Source: an uncultured Candidatus Saccharibacteria bacterium (GTDB lineage: Bacteria > Patescibacteriota > Minisyncoccia > Phycocordibacterales > JAACPR01). From it: a stretch of 64,000 nt of DNA. A program made the translations under genes and the position numbers. The notes below the pieces were generated by a model that searched no databases, had not been told where the DNA came from, and saw nothing but the letters and a program-made list of their open reading frames with translations. Positions within the stretch are counted from its first letter, which is position 1. Each line of letters opens with the position of its first letter. The stretch is from NCBI GenBank assembly GCA_964538855.1, contig CAZIEY010000003.1, forward strand, positions 34,435 to 98,434, in the 5' to 3' direction. This document shows, one piece after another, positions 21,055 through 31,271 of the stretch.

Positions 21055-22707
21055 ATGCCCTCGAAGAAAAGAAAGAATCACAAATATATTTTCGTAACAG
21101 GAGGAGTAATGTCTGGCGTTGGTAAAGGAATCACAACCGCATCGATTGGGACAATTTTGCAGTCGATGGGGTATAAAGTTAATTTGTCGAAAGTCGATCC
21201 ATATTTGAACGTGGATGCCGGCACCATGAACCCAACAGAGCACGGTGAAGTATTCGTGATGAATTCTGGTCTCGAAACAGATCAAGACATGGGGAATTAC
21301 GAGCGATTTTTGAACAAAGATTTGACCGAGTCTGATTACATGACAAGCGGTATGGTGTATAAACACATCATCGACAAAGAACGCAATTTGGGTTTCGGTG
21401 GTAAATGTATTGAAGCAATTCCTGATGTGCGTGACGAAATTATTACGCGATATGAAAAGGCGGCACAGGACAGTGAATCTGATGTGTCGATCGTAGAAAT
21501 TGGCGGAACTATTGGTGATTATCAAAACGCTTTGTTTATGGAAGCAGCGCGTGTGCTCAAGGTGCGTTTTCCGCGTGACGTGATTTTCATTATGGTGTCA
21601 TATTTGCCGGTTCCAGGAGCGCTTGGCGAAATGAAGACTCGACCGACACAAAACGCGGTGCGACAATTAAACTCATACGGAATTCATGCGGATTTTTTGA
21701 TTGCTCGCAGCCACGTTGCAATTGATGATAAGCGCAAAGAAAAGCTCGCGATAAATTGTAACGTTCCAAAAGAGCACGTCATTTCTGCGCCTGATATCGA
21801 AAGTATTTATGAAGTACCTCTCAATTTTGAAAAAGATCACATTGGAGTGCTCATCACGGCCGCGCTCGGTCTGCGCAGCAAAAAGCCAGACATGAAAAAG
21901 TGGGCGAAATTTGTAAAAAGCCGCGCGACTGCCGAAAAGAAAATTAAAATCGCGGTGGTCGGGAAATACTTTGATACTGGTAGTTTCGTGCTTGCCGATT
22001 CGTATTACTCTGTCATCGAGGCCATTAAATATTCTGCGTACGCACACGGTGCAAAGCCAGAATTAATGTGGGTGAATTCAAAGATTTTCGACAAGGATCC
22101 AAAAAGCGTTGCGACTGAATTGGCCGGCGTCGACGGTATTATTGTGCCAGGAGGTTTTGGTGAAAAGGGAATCGAAGGTAAAATTGCTGTGATTAAATAT
22201 GCACGTGAAAATAAAATTCCATATTTCGGTTTGTGTTACGGTATGCAATTGTTAGTGATTGAATACGCGCGAAATGTGCTTGGTATCAAAGACGCGAATA
22301 CCGCAGAAATTACTCCGAACGGCAAAAATAATGTTATCGACATTATGCCAGAGCAAAAGAAATTAATCGCCGAGAAAAAAATGGGTGGTTCGATGCGACT
22401 CGGCTCATATAGATGTGTGCTTGGTCCCGGTACAATTGCTCGCGACGCGTACGGAGCAGCCGAAATTATCGAACGTCACCGACATCGATACGAAGTAAAT
22501 CCTGATTATGTCGAGAAACTGAAATCAGCAGGTCTTGTGTTTTCTGGAACTTCTCCAGATGGCCGTCTCATGGAAATCGCCGAAATCCCGCGCAATGTAC
22601 ACCCATTCATGCTCGGTACACAATTCCACCCAGAATTTTTGGCACGACCTCTCGCGCCTCACCCGTTGTTTAGTGAGTTTGTGAAGGTGATTTTGGGGGA
22701 GAAGTAA
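21055..22707 (+). CDS. pyrG: CTP synthase
   Basis: GGVMSGVGKG, GLCYGMQ, RHRHRYE, QFHPE. Confidence 0.98.
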   Translation: MPSKKRKNHKYIFVTGGVMSGVGKGITTASIGTILQSMGYKVNLSKVDPYLNVDAGTMNPTEHGEVFVMNSGLETDQDMGNYERFLNKDLTESDYMTSGMVYKHIIDKERNLGFGGKCIEAIPDVRDEIITRYEKAAQDSESDVSIVEIGGTIGDYQNALFMEAARVLKVRFPRDVIFIMVSYLPVPGALGEMKTRPTQNAVRQLNSYGIHADFLIARSHVAIDDKRKEKLAINCNVPKEHVISAPDIESIYEVPLNFEKDHIGVLITAALGLRSKKPDMKKWAKFVKSRATAEKKIKIAVVGKYFDTGSFVLADSYYSVIEAIKYSAYAHGAKPELMWVNSKIFDKDPKSVATELAGVDGIIVPGGFGEKGIEGKIAVIKYARENKIPYFGLCYGMQLLVIEYARNVLGIKDANTAEITPNGKNNVIDIMPEQKKLIAEKKMGGSMRLGSYRCVLGPGTIARDAYGAAEIIERHRHRYEVNPDYVEKLKSAGLVFSGTSPDGRLMEIAEIPRNVHPFMLGTQFHPEFLARPLAPHPLFSEFVKVILGEK

Positions 22708-22712
22708 AAAAA

Positions 22713-23876
22713 ATGAAAATCAAACTCGAATTTCCAAAAAACTTTTTGTGGGGTAGTGGCTCTTCGGCTCATCAGGTTGAGGGTGGTATTGAAAATTGTG
22801 ATTGGGCAGAATACGCACGAATGGGAAAATTACCATCGGCAGATGAATTTACACCAGACCACTACAATCGTTTTGAAGAAGATTTTGATTTGGCTAAGTC
22901 ACTTGGTCACAACAGTCACCGCTTTTCAATCGAGTGGGCTCGCATCGAACCAGAAGAGGGGAAATTCAATCTCGCTGAGATCGAACACTATAGAAAAGTT
23001 TTGCTCGCACTTCGGGCTCGTGGTATTACACCACTTGTGACGTTGTGGCATTTCACATTGCCACTCTGGTTTTCACATCGGGGAGGTTTTAAACATAAAG
23101 ATTCTCCCAAAGTTTTTGCTCGATATTGTGCATTTGTCGCGAACCAATTAAAAGATTTGTGTGAAATTGTTGCGACTATTAACGAACCTATTGTATTTGC
23201 AAACAACGGGTACATTCGCGGTTTTTGGCCTCCATTTAAGAAAGATCCCTTTACATTTATGCGTGTTGTAAAAAATTTAATTCGCGGGCACAATGAAGCA
23301 TATACCGAAATTAAAAAACTCGCTCCACATTTAAATGTCGGTGTAGTGAAAGATAATATTTATTTTACTTCAAACAAAAATCCTTTTAATATCATTCTTA
23401 AAAAATTCTGCCACTGGTTTTGGAATCACTATTTTTTGGATCGTACCTACAAAAAATGTGATCACATTGGTCTCAATTATTATTTTCACACACACTTTGG
23501 CCCAAGCCTCGGCTTTCCTAAAAATGATATGGGGTGGAATATCGATGCAGAAGGGATTTATCACATGCTTGTTGATTTAAAGCGGTACAATATGCCGCTC
23601 TATGTGACCGAAGCCGGCATTCCAGATCGAACAGATGAAAAACGCGCTGACTATATTAAACAGTTGGTAAATTGGACTCATAGAGCCATCGTTGACGGAG
23701 CAGATATTCACGGATTTATGTATTGGTCGCTGACCGATAATTACGAACTCGCACACGGTTACACACAAGAGTTCGGTTTAATTCATATTGATCATACCAC
23801 TCGCGCTCGTATCATCCGCCCATCCGCGCTTGTCTATAAAACCATTTGTGAATCGAACGCTTTGACGATAGAATAG
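22713..23876 (+). CDS. glycoside hydrolase family 1
   Basis: FLWGSGSSAHQVEG, RFSIEWARI, INEP, VTEAG, WSLTDNYE. Confidence 0.93.
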   Translation: MKIKLEFPKNFLWGSGSSAHQVEGGIENCDWAEYARMGKLPSADEFTPDHYNRFEEDFDLAKSLGHNSHRFSIEWARIEPEEGKFNLAEIEHYRKVLLALRARGITPLVTLWHFTLPLWFSHRGGFKHKDSPKVFARYCAFVANQLKDLCEIVATINEPIVFANNGYIRGFWPPFKKDPFTFMRVVKNLIRGHNEAYTEIKKLAPHLNVGVVKDNIYFTSNKNPFNIILKKFCHWFWNHYFLDRTYKKCDHIGLNYYFHTHFGPSLGFPKNDMGWNIDAEGIYHMLVDLKRYNMPLYVTEAGIPDRTDEKRADYIKQLVNWTHRAIVDGADIHGFMYWSLTDNYELAHGYTQEFGLIHIDHTTRARIIRPSALVYKTICESNALTIE

Positions 23877-24820
23877 TGTACATGGAAGTCTGGCTCATAC
23901 TCGCAATCGCCGCGCAATTTATTTACGCTCTTGTTGCGGTCTTTGATAAATATTTGGTGACGTCAAAAACGGTGCTGCATCCGTTCTCTTATGCATTTTA
24001 CGTTTCGATTTTGTCGGCGTTTTCTGTGGGGATTTTCTTTTTCGATTGGGTCAAGTTGCCATTCGGGATTGTAATTCCGTCTTTCTCGGATTTAATGATG
24101 CCGAGCGTGGCCGTCGTTGGTCTATCGCTTCTTTCGGGGATGGCGATGTTTGTTGCACTCGTGAATTTGTTTGAAGGTCTCTCCAAATCCGACGCATCTG
24201 ACGTGGTTCCGGTCGTGACATCAATTTCTGCAATGGCGACACTGGCATTTGAATTTCTTTTTTTAGAAGGAGTTTTCAACGGCCAAAAGTTGCTCGGTTT
24301 TTTCTTGCTCGCAGCGGGGACCGTGCTTGTGTCTCATCTCAAATTTGATCGAGTGGTCATTTTTCACACGTTCATGTCAGGTGCGATGTTTGCGGTGTAT
24401 TACACATTACTTAAATTCGTATTTAATGTAACGAATTTCGACAGTGGATTTTTGTACACTCGAATTGGTTTGGTTATTGCAGCACTCGCGGTCATTGCCT
24501 TTCCTTCATATCGAACCCGTATTTTCAGAAAGTTGCAAAATCGTCCTGTATCAAAACGCAAAGCTGGCGCATATGTGCTTGCAACAAAAACTTTGGCGGG
24601 GATTGCCTCGATCATGACATTGAAAGCCGTTCAGCTCGGTTCGGTCGCGGTCGTGCAGGCGATTGCAGGTGTACAATTTTTGCTTCTCATTGTATTCAGC
24701 GCGGTGTTTGGAAAAATCGTTCATGAACATTTCGGTGAAAAAGCTGCGCCTGTCGATATTATTCATAAAGGTGTCGCTGCAACTATTATTGCGCTCGGAC
24801 TTTTTGTGATGTTTACGTAA
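23876..24820 (+). CDS. EamA/DMT-like membrane transporter
   Basis: About ten TM helices in two repeats. Confidence 0.7.
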   Translation: MYMEVWLILAIAAQFIYALVAVFDKYLVTSKTVLHPFSYAFYVSILSAFSVGIFFFDWVKLPFGIVIPSFSDLMMPSVAVVGLSLLSGMAMFVALVNLFEGLSKSDASDVVPVVTSISAMATLAFEFLFLEGVFNGQKLLGFFLLAAGTVLVSHLKFDRVVIFHTFMSGAMFAVYYTLLKFVFNVTNFDSGFLYTRIGLVIAALAVIAFPSYRTRIFRKLQNRPVSKRKAGAYVLATKTLAGIASIMTLKAVQLGSVAVVQAIAGVQFLLLIVFSAVFGKIVHEHFGEKAAPVDIIHKGVAATIIALGLFVMFT

Positions 24821-24823
24821 TAT

Positions 24824-25825
24824 ATGATTCGCAAAATCTTCAAATTTATTTTTTGGATACTTGTCGTCATTTTAGTCGCACTTTTTATTTTGAGCATGGA
24901 AAAGAAGCCCGATACAATTGACTATGGTATGTCGTTTAATGTGCCGTATGCTCAGGAACTCGGCCTCGATTGGAAGGAAACATACATTGCGATTTTGGAT
25001 GATCTAGCCGTACAGCGTGTGCGTCTCGCGGGGCAGTGGAATTTGATTGAGCCGAAAAAAGACAAGTTCGATTTTTCTGTGCTCGATTATCAATTAGAGG
25101 AAGCGCAAAAGCGCGATGTCGAAGTTATTTTGTCGATTGGTCGCCGAACTCCGCGATGGCCAGAATGTCACACACCAGAATGGGCGCGTGATTTTATCGC
25201 ACAGGAATGGCAAGCAGAAATTACCGAATATCTGACCGCAATGGTGAATCGTTACAAAAAATACGACAATATAAAATATTGGCAAGTTGAAAACGAGCCG
25301 TTCCTGAACGCATTTGCGAACGAACATTGTGGCGACCTCGATGTGGCATTTTTGGACAAAGAAATCGCGCTTGTCCGAGAGCTTGATCCAAGCCGACCAA
25401 TTTTAATTACTGACAGCGGAAATCTCGGCACGTGGGTGGGACCATATAAACGAGGCGACGCGTTCGGCACATCCGTCTACATCTATTTCTGGAATCCCGA
25501 AATCGGAAAGTTCCGCACCATTTTGCCACCAGCATTTTATCGAGCCAAAGCAAACCTAATGTCGCTCTTGTTTGGCAAAAAAGAAACATTTTTGATCGAG
25601 CTTTCTCTCGAGCCGTGGCTCATCGAATCGGTGCCGAACGTGCCGATTGAAACGCAGTTGGAACGCATGGACCTCGACCGCATCAAAGAAATTTTGGAGT
25701 ACGCAGAAAATACTCGCTTCGAACAACAATATTTGTGGGGCGCTGAATGGTGGTATTGGATGAAACAACACGGTCATGGAGAGTTTTGGGATTTTGGGAA
25801 GGAGGTGTTTAAGGGAGGGGAATAA
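24824..25825 (+). CDS. membrane-anchored clan GH-A glycoside hydrolase
   Basis: WNLIEP..KFDFS.LD, WQVENEP, IELSLEPW. Confidence 0.75.
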   Translation: MIRKIFKFIFWILVVILVALFILSMEKKPDTIDYGMSFNVPYAQELGLDWKETYIAILDDLAVQRVRLAGQWNLIEPKKDKFDFSVLDYQLEEAQKRDVEVILSIGRRTPRWPECHTPEWARDFIAQEWQAEITEYLTAMVNRYKKYDNIKYWQVENEPFLNAFANEHCGDLDVAFLDKEIALVRELDPSRPILITDSGNLGTWVGPYKRGDAFGTSVYIYFWNPEIGKFRTILPPAFYRAKANLMSLLFGKKETFLIELSLEPWLIESVPNVPIETQLERMDLDRIKEILEYAENTRFEQQYLWGAEWWYWMKQHGHGEFWDFGKEVFKGGE

Positions 25826-25848
25826 TTAATGGAATGTCTAGATGCTAT

Positions 25849-25876
25849 TTGACTTTCTCAATGGTAAGTGTATAAT
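25849..25876 (+). promoter_or_regulatory. sigma70 promoter
   Basis: TTGACT-16 nt-TATAAT. Confidence 0.7.
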
Positions 25877-25885
25877 ATATTAGCA

Positions 25886-25954
25886 ATGGTTACTAGAAAT
25901 ACATGGTACACATATTATCAAATGAACGCGGCAGGGCCGTCGGTGTTTGCATAA
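25886..25954 (+). CDS. putative 22-aa peptide MVTRNTWYTYYQMNAAGPSVFA
   Basis: Small ORF between a promoter and a terminator. Confidence 0.4.
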   Translation: MVTRNTWYTYYQMNAAGPSVFA

Positions 25955-25987
25955 TATATAATCTGTATTATATAAATAACTGACTCG

Positions 25988-26013
25988 AAAAGCCCTGCGA
26001 ACGCGGGGTTTTT
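25988..26013 (+). terminator. rho-independent terminator
   Basis: AAAAGCCCTGCG-AA-CGCGGGGTTTTT. Confidence 0.8.
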
Positions 26014-26097
26014 CATTAGTGATTGCTATATATTTTGTACTTTTCAAAATATATAGCAGTCTCGAATGGTTCGAGACTGCAAAACTGGAGGTGTGTC

Positions 26098-26439
26098 ATG
26101 GCTGGATTTATCTCGAAAAAACAGATGGTGTGTCTTCAATTAGTGGAGGGCGCTTTGAGCATTCTCCACAATCAATCGGTTCGATTTGAGAGTATCAACT
26201 TTCGTTCGAGAACTGGTGATGTTGTGATCAGTGGTCAGGTCCAATCTCTGACCATTACGAAATATGATTTCGACTGTGTTGAATTCAGTATGTGCGGCGA
26301 ATTCTTCTCGGTGCATCATGAATTCGGCGTGAAGGATGCGCCAATTACGATTTTCCGAGGGAGAAGCCGCGCAGCCGGTTTCACTGGAACAGTGGTGACG
26401 ACCATCACTGGTCGAACACCGATAATCAGTCAGTCGTAA
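26098..26439 (+). CDS. hypothetical protein
   Basis: GGAGGTG SD before ATG 26098; perfect 11-bp hairpin at 26056-26080; terminator follows. Confidence 0.6.
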   Translation: MAGFISKKQMVCLQLVEGALSILHNQSVRFESINFRSRTGDVVISGQVQSLTITKYDFDCVEFSMCGEFFSVHHEFGVKDAPITIFRGRSRAAGFTGTVVTTITGRTPIISQS

Positions 26440-26493
26440 AACCCCACCTTATCAACCAGGAGACCCCGGTAGAAAGGTCGGGGTTTTCTTTTT
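26438..26493 (+). terminator. terminator hairpin
   Basis: AAAACCCCACCTT...AAGGTCGGGGTTTTCTTTTT. Confidence 0.7.
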
Positions 26494-26545
26494 ATACAAC
26501 TTAATTTCCTCATTTTTATTTTTTAAATCTTGATATAATATAGAC

Positions 26546-27358
26546 ATGTATTTCGCATGCGACATCGGGGGGACACAAATGAGAATTGCCAAGTCAGATG
26601 ATTTGGTGAAATTCGACGAGCCGTGGATCGAAGCGACACCAGCGCGTCCTGCTGATGGCATTCAACTTTTGATAGAAACAATTAAACGCATGTCTGGAGG
26701 TAAACGCATCGGCGCTATTGCGATTGGTATTGCAGGTGTGTTAAACGAAGGCCACGGTATGTTGATTAAATCTCCGCACTTGTCTGCGTGGGAAAAAATT
26801 CCGCTCAAGGAAAAATTAGAAAAAGCGCTCGACACGCACGTCTTCATTGAAAATGATACGGCGATTGTTGGACTTGGCGAAGCAACCGCTGGTGCAGGGC
26901 GAGGATATCGCGACGTTGTCTACATCACAATTTCGACAGGAATCGGCGGAGTGAAAATTGTTGATGGGGAATTTACTCACAATAAATACGGATTCGAACC
27001 GGGTCATCAAATTTTAAATAATGAAACGGGCGCAACATTCGAAGATCTCTGTTCTGGCACTGCTGTTGAAAAGAAATTCGGCATGGCTCCCAAAAAAGTT
27101 GCACAGACCGACGCATGGGATGAAATCGAAACAAATGCAGTGATTGGTCTCTATAATTCTGTGCTGCACTGGTCGCCTGATGTGGTGGTGCTTGGAGGAT
27201 CGATGTCGCGCGATTTCAAGGCAGAACGCATTCAGAAAAAACTTGGCGTCATTATGAAAATTCATCCAAAATTGCCGGATATTAAAATCGCAGAGCTTGG
27301 TTCAATCGGCGGTGTGCACGGTGGATTTGCATTTTTGCGAAAGCAGTTTGAGAAATAG
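26546..27358 (+). CDS. ROK-family sugar kinase
   Basis: DIGGT, IENDT, STGIGG, EPGHQ. Confidence 0.92.
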   Translation: MYFACDIGGTQMRIAKSDDLVKFDEPWIEATPARPADGIQLLIETIKRMSGGKRIGAIAIGIAGVLNEGHGMLIKSPHLSAWEKIPLKEKLEKALDTHVFIENDTAIVGLGEATAGAGRGYRDVVYITISTGIGGVKIVDGEFTHNKYGFEPGHQILNNETGATFEDLCSGTAVEKKFGMAPKKVAQTDAWDEIETNAVIGLYNSVLHWSPDVVVLGGSMSRDFKAERIQKKLGVIMKIHPKLPDIKIAELGSIGGVHGGFAFLRKQFEK

Positions 27359-27361
27359 ATT

Positions 27362-28321
27362 ATGAAATATTTCGCGTACATTGTAAGTATCGCGGCTCTC
27401 GTCGTATTTGGTTTTTCTACCGTCTACGCGCCCATGTTTGAGTGGCAGCGCGATTTGGTCGAGGAACTTGCGCCTGCGCGTGACACACGGTTGCTTTTTG
27501 TTGGTGATATTATGCTTGATCGATCGCTTCGTAATCGTGCGGAGCGTGAGTCAGAAGGGTACGCCACTTTTTTCGCTTGTGCTTCTTCGACATTTTCCAT
27601 GTACGACATTGTAGTTGCGAATTTAGAAGGACCTGTTACTACTTTTCCGTCGGTCAGTCGCCATAGCCTGATTAACACCCCAGAAAGTTTTCAGTTCACT
27701 ATGTCGCCAGATATTTTGCCGGTGTTGCGCGAGGCGGGCATCGACGCAGTCGGAGTCGCGAATAATCACATTTATGACTTTGGTCGCAAGGGTTTGGAAA
27801 TGACACGCGAACTTGTGCCAGCGTCTGGGCTTGGATATTTTGGCGATCCAGCGAGCGATATTTATAAATCAGTCACGCTTCAGACGGAACATCAGGCAGT
27901 GCATCTTGTGTCGTTTAATGAATTTGTCGGAACGAATGCAGAAGCACTCGAAACAACGCTCGGTGAGATTGCACAATTCGCAAACTCGCCAGAACCTGTG
28001 ATTGTGTTTGCTCATTGGGGAAATGAATATGTGCCCGCAACTGATCGAGTTAAAAAATGGGCTCGCCAATTTATTGACGCTGGTGCCGACGCTGTGATTG
28101 GTCACCATCCGCATGTCGTCCAAGAAACCGAATATTATAAAGGAACTTTTATCGCGTATTCACTCGGGAATTTTGTGTTTGATCAGTATTTTGACGCCGA
28201 AGTTCGCAAAGGTGGTGCAGCAGAACTCGTTATTCGCGATGGTAGAATTTCTGAATCGCGACTTTTACCGGTGACGCTCGACGAAAAACGGAGGCCTTGC
28301 ATAGGGGATGTTGCTTTGTAA
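27362..28321 (+). CDS. CapA-family metallophosphoesterase
   Basis: GDIML, NLE, ANNHIYDFG, HWGNEY, GHHPH, YSLGNF. Confidence 0.92.
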   Translation: MKYFAYIVSIAALVVFGFSTVYAPMFEWQRDLVEELAPARDTRLLFVGDIMLDRSLRNRAERESEGYATFFACASSTFSMYDIVVANLEGPVTTFPSVSRHSLINTPESFQFTMSPDILPVLREAGIDAVGVANNHIYDFGRKGLEMTRELVPASGLGYFGDPASDIYKSVTLQTEHQAVHLVSFNEFVGTNAEALETTLGEIAQFANSPEPVIVFAHWGNEYVPATDRVKKWARQFIDAGADAVIGHHPHVVQETEYYKGTFIAYSLGNFVFDQYFDAEVRKGGAAELVIRDGRISESRLLPVTLDEKRRPCIGDVAL

Positions 28322-28365
28322 AACCACCTAATTTATGCTAAAAATAAGCCTATTGCGATCATAGC

Positions 28366-28436
28366 TGCCCGATCGTCTAAAGGTAGGACAACGGTTTCTG
28401 GAACCGTTAATTGGGGTTCGAGTCCCTGTCGGGCAA
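28366..28436 (+). tRNA. tRNA-Gln (CTG)
   Basis: T1-A72 acceptor TGCCCGA/TCGGGCA; ACGGT-TTCTGGA-ACCGT; CCA not encoded. Confidence 0.93.
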
Positions 28437-28506
28437 CAACAATCTGTTATATACTAAACTTAACCCCTAAGAAATATCACCAACAAATCTTGTTAATTAA
28501 AAAAAC

Positions 28507-29058
28507 ATGGAACCACGTATCGAAAAATTACCACAGTTCAATATAGAATTACCGCAACCTGGTGATGAAATTGCATTAGCACCAATGCATGTACAGGCTT
28601 GGAAAGAGTCGTATGTAAGTGAAGCGTCTGGTATGACTGATGCCGACGTTGACGAAATGATGGTAGGTAGATTAAAGAATACTGACTATAGAAGAAATAC
28701 AATCATTGAATCCCTCGAAAAACCGGACCAGGTTTTATATAGGGTAGTTAAAAATGCCGAGGGTAAAATTGTTGGATTTTTGCACGGCTCAAAAGATAGT
28801 GATTTCAATAGATTTGATGCTATCTATTTGCTTAATGAAGCAAAAGGTACTGGTGTGGGAGGTAAACTTATGCAGGAATTTTTAGCTTGGGCAGATAAAA
28901 GTAAACCGAGTCATCTGGAAGTGTTTTCTTTTAATACTCATGCGATTGAATATTATGAACGATACGGATTCGTGAAAACTAACAAACCTGAACAGTTATA
29001 TAAAAATAGATTTCCTTTTATTGAAATGGTGCGGCCCGCAGAAGAATTAACACAATAA
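28507..29058 (+). CDS. GNAT acetyltransferase
   Basis: KGTGVGGKLM, NTHAIEYYERYGF. Confidence 0.88.
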   Translation: MEPRIEKLPQFNIELPQPGDEIALAPMHVQAWKESYVSEASGMTDADVDEMMVGRLKNTDYRRNTIIESLEKPDQVLYRVVKNAEGKIVGFLHGSKDSDFNRFDAIYLLNEAKGTGVGGKLMQEFLAWADKSKPSHLEVFSFNTHAIEYYERYGFVKTNKPEQLYKNRFPFIEMVRPAEELTQ

Positions 29059-29282
29059 TTACAACACCCCTCGTCGCTTCACATGCCTCGCATATACTAA
29101 ACAAGCGGTTACGACAGCACTCATCCATTTAGAGAACGCACATTTGTTTAAGGAATAAAAATCATCCTAAGAACTACATTGACCTTATTCCGTCTCGGAG
29201 TTAGTATTGTATAATCGTTGCAAAAGACTCCTTTTTAGGTGGAATTGATGTCTTTTTGCCTTTTTGTGACGAATTAATAATA

Positions 29283-30698
29283 ATGTACGACGATATGAAA
29301 AAATACCTTAAAATCATTGCTTTATTTGTGGGCGCAGCTATTCTTAATGCCTACAGTCCCGCGATATTAGAACATCTCTATTCTGCGGGAGGTGATTCAT
29401 CGTCGATTCTCGTTACATTGTGGACTATGTCGGTGATTCTTGGATTTGGTTGGGCTTGCGCTGAATATTCTAGGGGTACTTTCTTTCCATCATTCACATT
29501 ACAACTCCTTATCAGTATTGTGCTTCATGATGCACTCGCACCTCTTTCAAGCCAAGTTACTATGATTGTCGTCATCTGTACTGTGCTTGCGGCAATTATT
29601 CTTAAATCTGGTGGTGATGAAGTAGAACGACGACACTTCAAAAAAATAGCGTTACCAACAATCCTCATTTCAACTCTCGGATATTTGGTGACGTTTTTTG
29701 TTACTATGGCGCTTTTATTGCTCGTCGGAATTGATGGAATGACTGCAGTGCTTTTGTCTGCAATTATCGGCTCAACTGATCCAGCTGCGCTTATCCCAAC
29801 ACTCAATCGTGTAGTGTTCAGCGATCAGTATAAAAATTTAACTAATATAAGTGTTGCAGAGTCTGCGATTAACGATGCGACGGGTGCAATTTTTACAGGC
29901 GCAGTTATTGCAATGATTCAAAATGGTACTGATGTAAGCTCTATTAAAAATGTATTTCACGGTGTTATCGAAGGGCACAATTTAATGCACTTTGGTAGCG
30001 AAATATTGTTTGGAGTTATTGCCGGTCTTATTGGCTGGGCTCTCATGTGGTTGTATGAACGACATAAAGCATTTTATGCAGAAACTTCGTATGACTTTGC
30101 TGTAGTGTTGGCGGTGCCATTGTTTACATTTTTGATTGCATGGATTTTTGGCGGTAATGGATTTTTGGCAGCGTTCATTGCGGGGTTGATGGCTAACTAT
30201 AATCACGGTAATTATAAGTTCGAAAAGACATTGCACATCATGGAATCGAAAATTGATTCTATTGCAAAACCAGTCATCTTTATGATGGCAGGTCCTTTGA
30301 TTTCTATTCATGATTTGTGGCAGACGGCGGGCATTGGTTTGATTGTCTCGCTTCTTTTTATTCTCATCGCACGCCCGGCCGCAGTATTTATCTCGCTTTT
30401 GTTTGTCAAAATGTCAGTTCGAGAAAAATTATTTCTATGCAGTGTCCGCGAAACTGGAGTGATTCCGATTGTGCTTGCGGTGGGAGCAGTGGCTCAATTT
30501 CCAGCACTCTCTAATTTGATGCCATTGGTGGCGTGGGTAGTGATTTGGACGTTAACATTGTTGCCAGCAATTACTCCATGGTGGGCACGTATGTTAAAGC
30601 TCACAAAGTCAGATGATGAAACTGAAGGAGCAACGGTTCTCGACACAATTTTACACAAAGGTAACATTTCCGAAAAAACTGGCGAAATTTCTGCATAA
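29283..30698 (+). CDS. cation:proton antiporter (CPA1/NhaP-like)
   Basis: STDPAA, ESAINDATG, GFLAAFIAG; many TM helices; exact start uncertain. Confidence 0.9.
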   Translation: MYDDMKKYLKIIALFVGAAILNAYSPAILEHLYSAGGDSSSILVTLWTMSVILGFGWACAEYSRGTFFPSFTLQLLISIVLHDALAPLSSQVTMIVVICTVLAAIILKSGGDEVERRHFKKIALPTILISTLGYLVTFFVTMALLLLVGIDGMTAVLLSAIIGSTDPAALIPTLNRVVFSDQYKNLTNISVAESAINDATGAIFTGAVIAMIQNGTDVSSIKNVFHGVIEGHNLMHFGSEILFGVIAGLIGWALMWLYERHKAFYAETSYDFAVVLAVPLFTFLIAWIFGGNGFLAAFIAGLMANYNHGNYKFEKTLHIMESKIDSIAKPVIFMMAGPLISIHDLWQTAGIGLIVSLLFILIARPAAVFISLLFVKMSVREKLFLCSVRETGVIPIVLAVGAVAQFPALSNLMPLVAWVVIWTLTLLPAITPWWARMLKLTKSDDETEGATVLDTILHKGNISEKTGEISA

Positions 30699-30713
30699 GC
30701 GTAGGATAGGTGT

Positions 30714-31259
30714 ATGGCAATTAAAAAAGTAACTCAGGCAGGACAAAAAGTCTTACGCACAAAAGCAAAGCGCGTTACAAAAGTTGCGTCTCCGGCACTT
30801 AAACGTTTAATCAAGGATTTGTCTGATACTATGAAAGCGGCACATTTGATTGGTATCGCCGCGCCGCAAATTGGCCAGGGTGTGCGTGTGTTCGTGTCAC
30901 AATTAGCTTCGACTGGTACTCGTACTGTTAAAAAGAAAAACGCCGACCCGCTGCGAGTTTTTATTAATCCTGAAATCGTTGCGTATTCAAAACAACAAAA
31001 ATCAGATTGGGAAGGTTGCGGCAGTATCGCGTACGGTAAAATCTTTGCGAAAGTCCGTCGTCCAGTTTCTGTGACTGTGCGCGCCCTCAATGAAAAAGGC
31101 GAGCCGTTTGAATTACGTGCCCGTGATCTACTTGCACGCGTTATACAGCACGAATACGATCATTTGGAAGGAGTTTTCTTTACTGATAAAATGGACCCCA
31201 GCACGGTGGTGACTTCAGATGAATACCGCGCGATGGTTCGGGTAAAGAAGAAAAAATAG
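30714..31259 (+). CDS. def: peptide deformylase
   Basis: IGIAAPQIG, EGCGS, QHEYDHLEG. Confidence 0.95.
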   Translation: MAIKKVTQAGQKVLRTKAKRVTKVASPALKRLIKDLSDTMKAAHLIGIAAPQIGQGVRVFVSQLASTGTRTVKKKNADPLRVFINPEIVAYSKQQKSDWEGCGSIAYGKIFAKVRRPVSVTVRALNEKGEPFELRARDLLARVIQHEYDHLEGVFFTDKMDPSTVVTSDEYRAMVRVKKKK

Positions 31260-31271
31260 TATACTGTAGAT

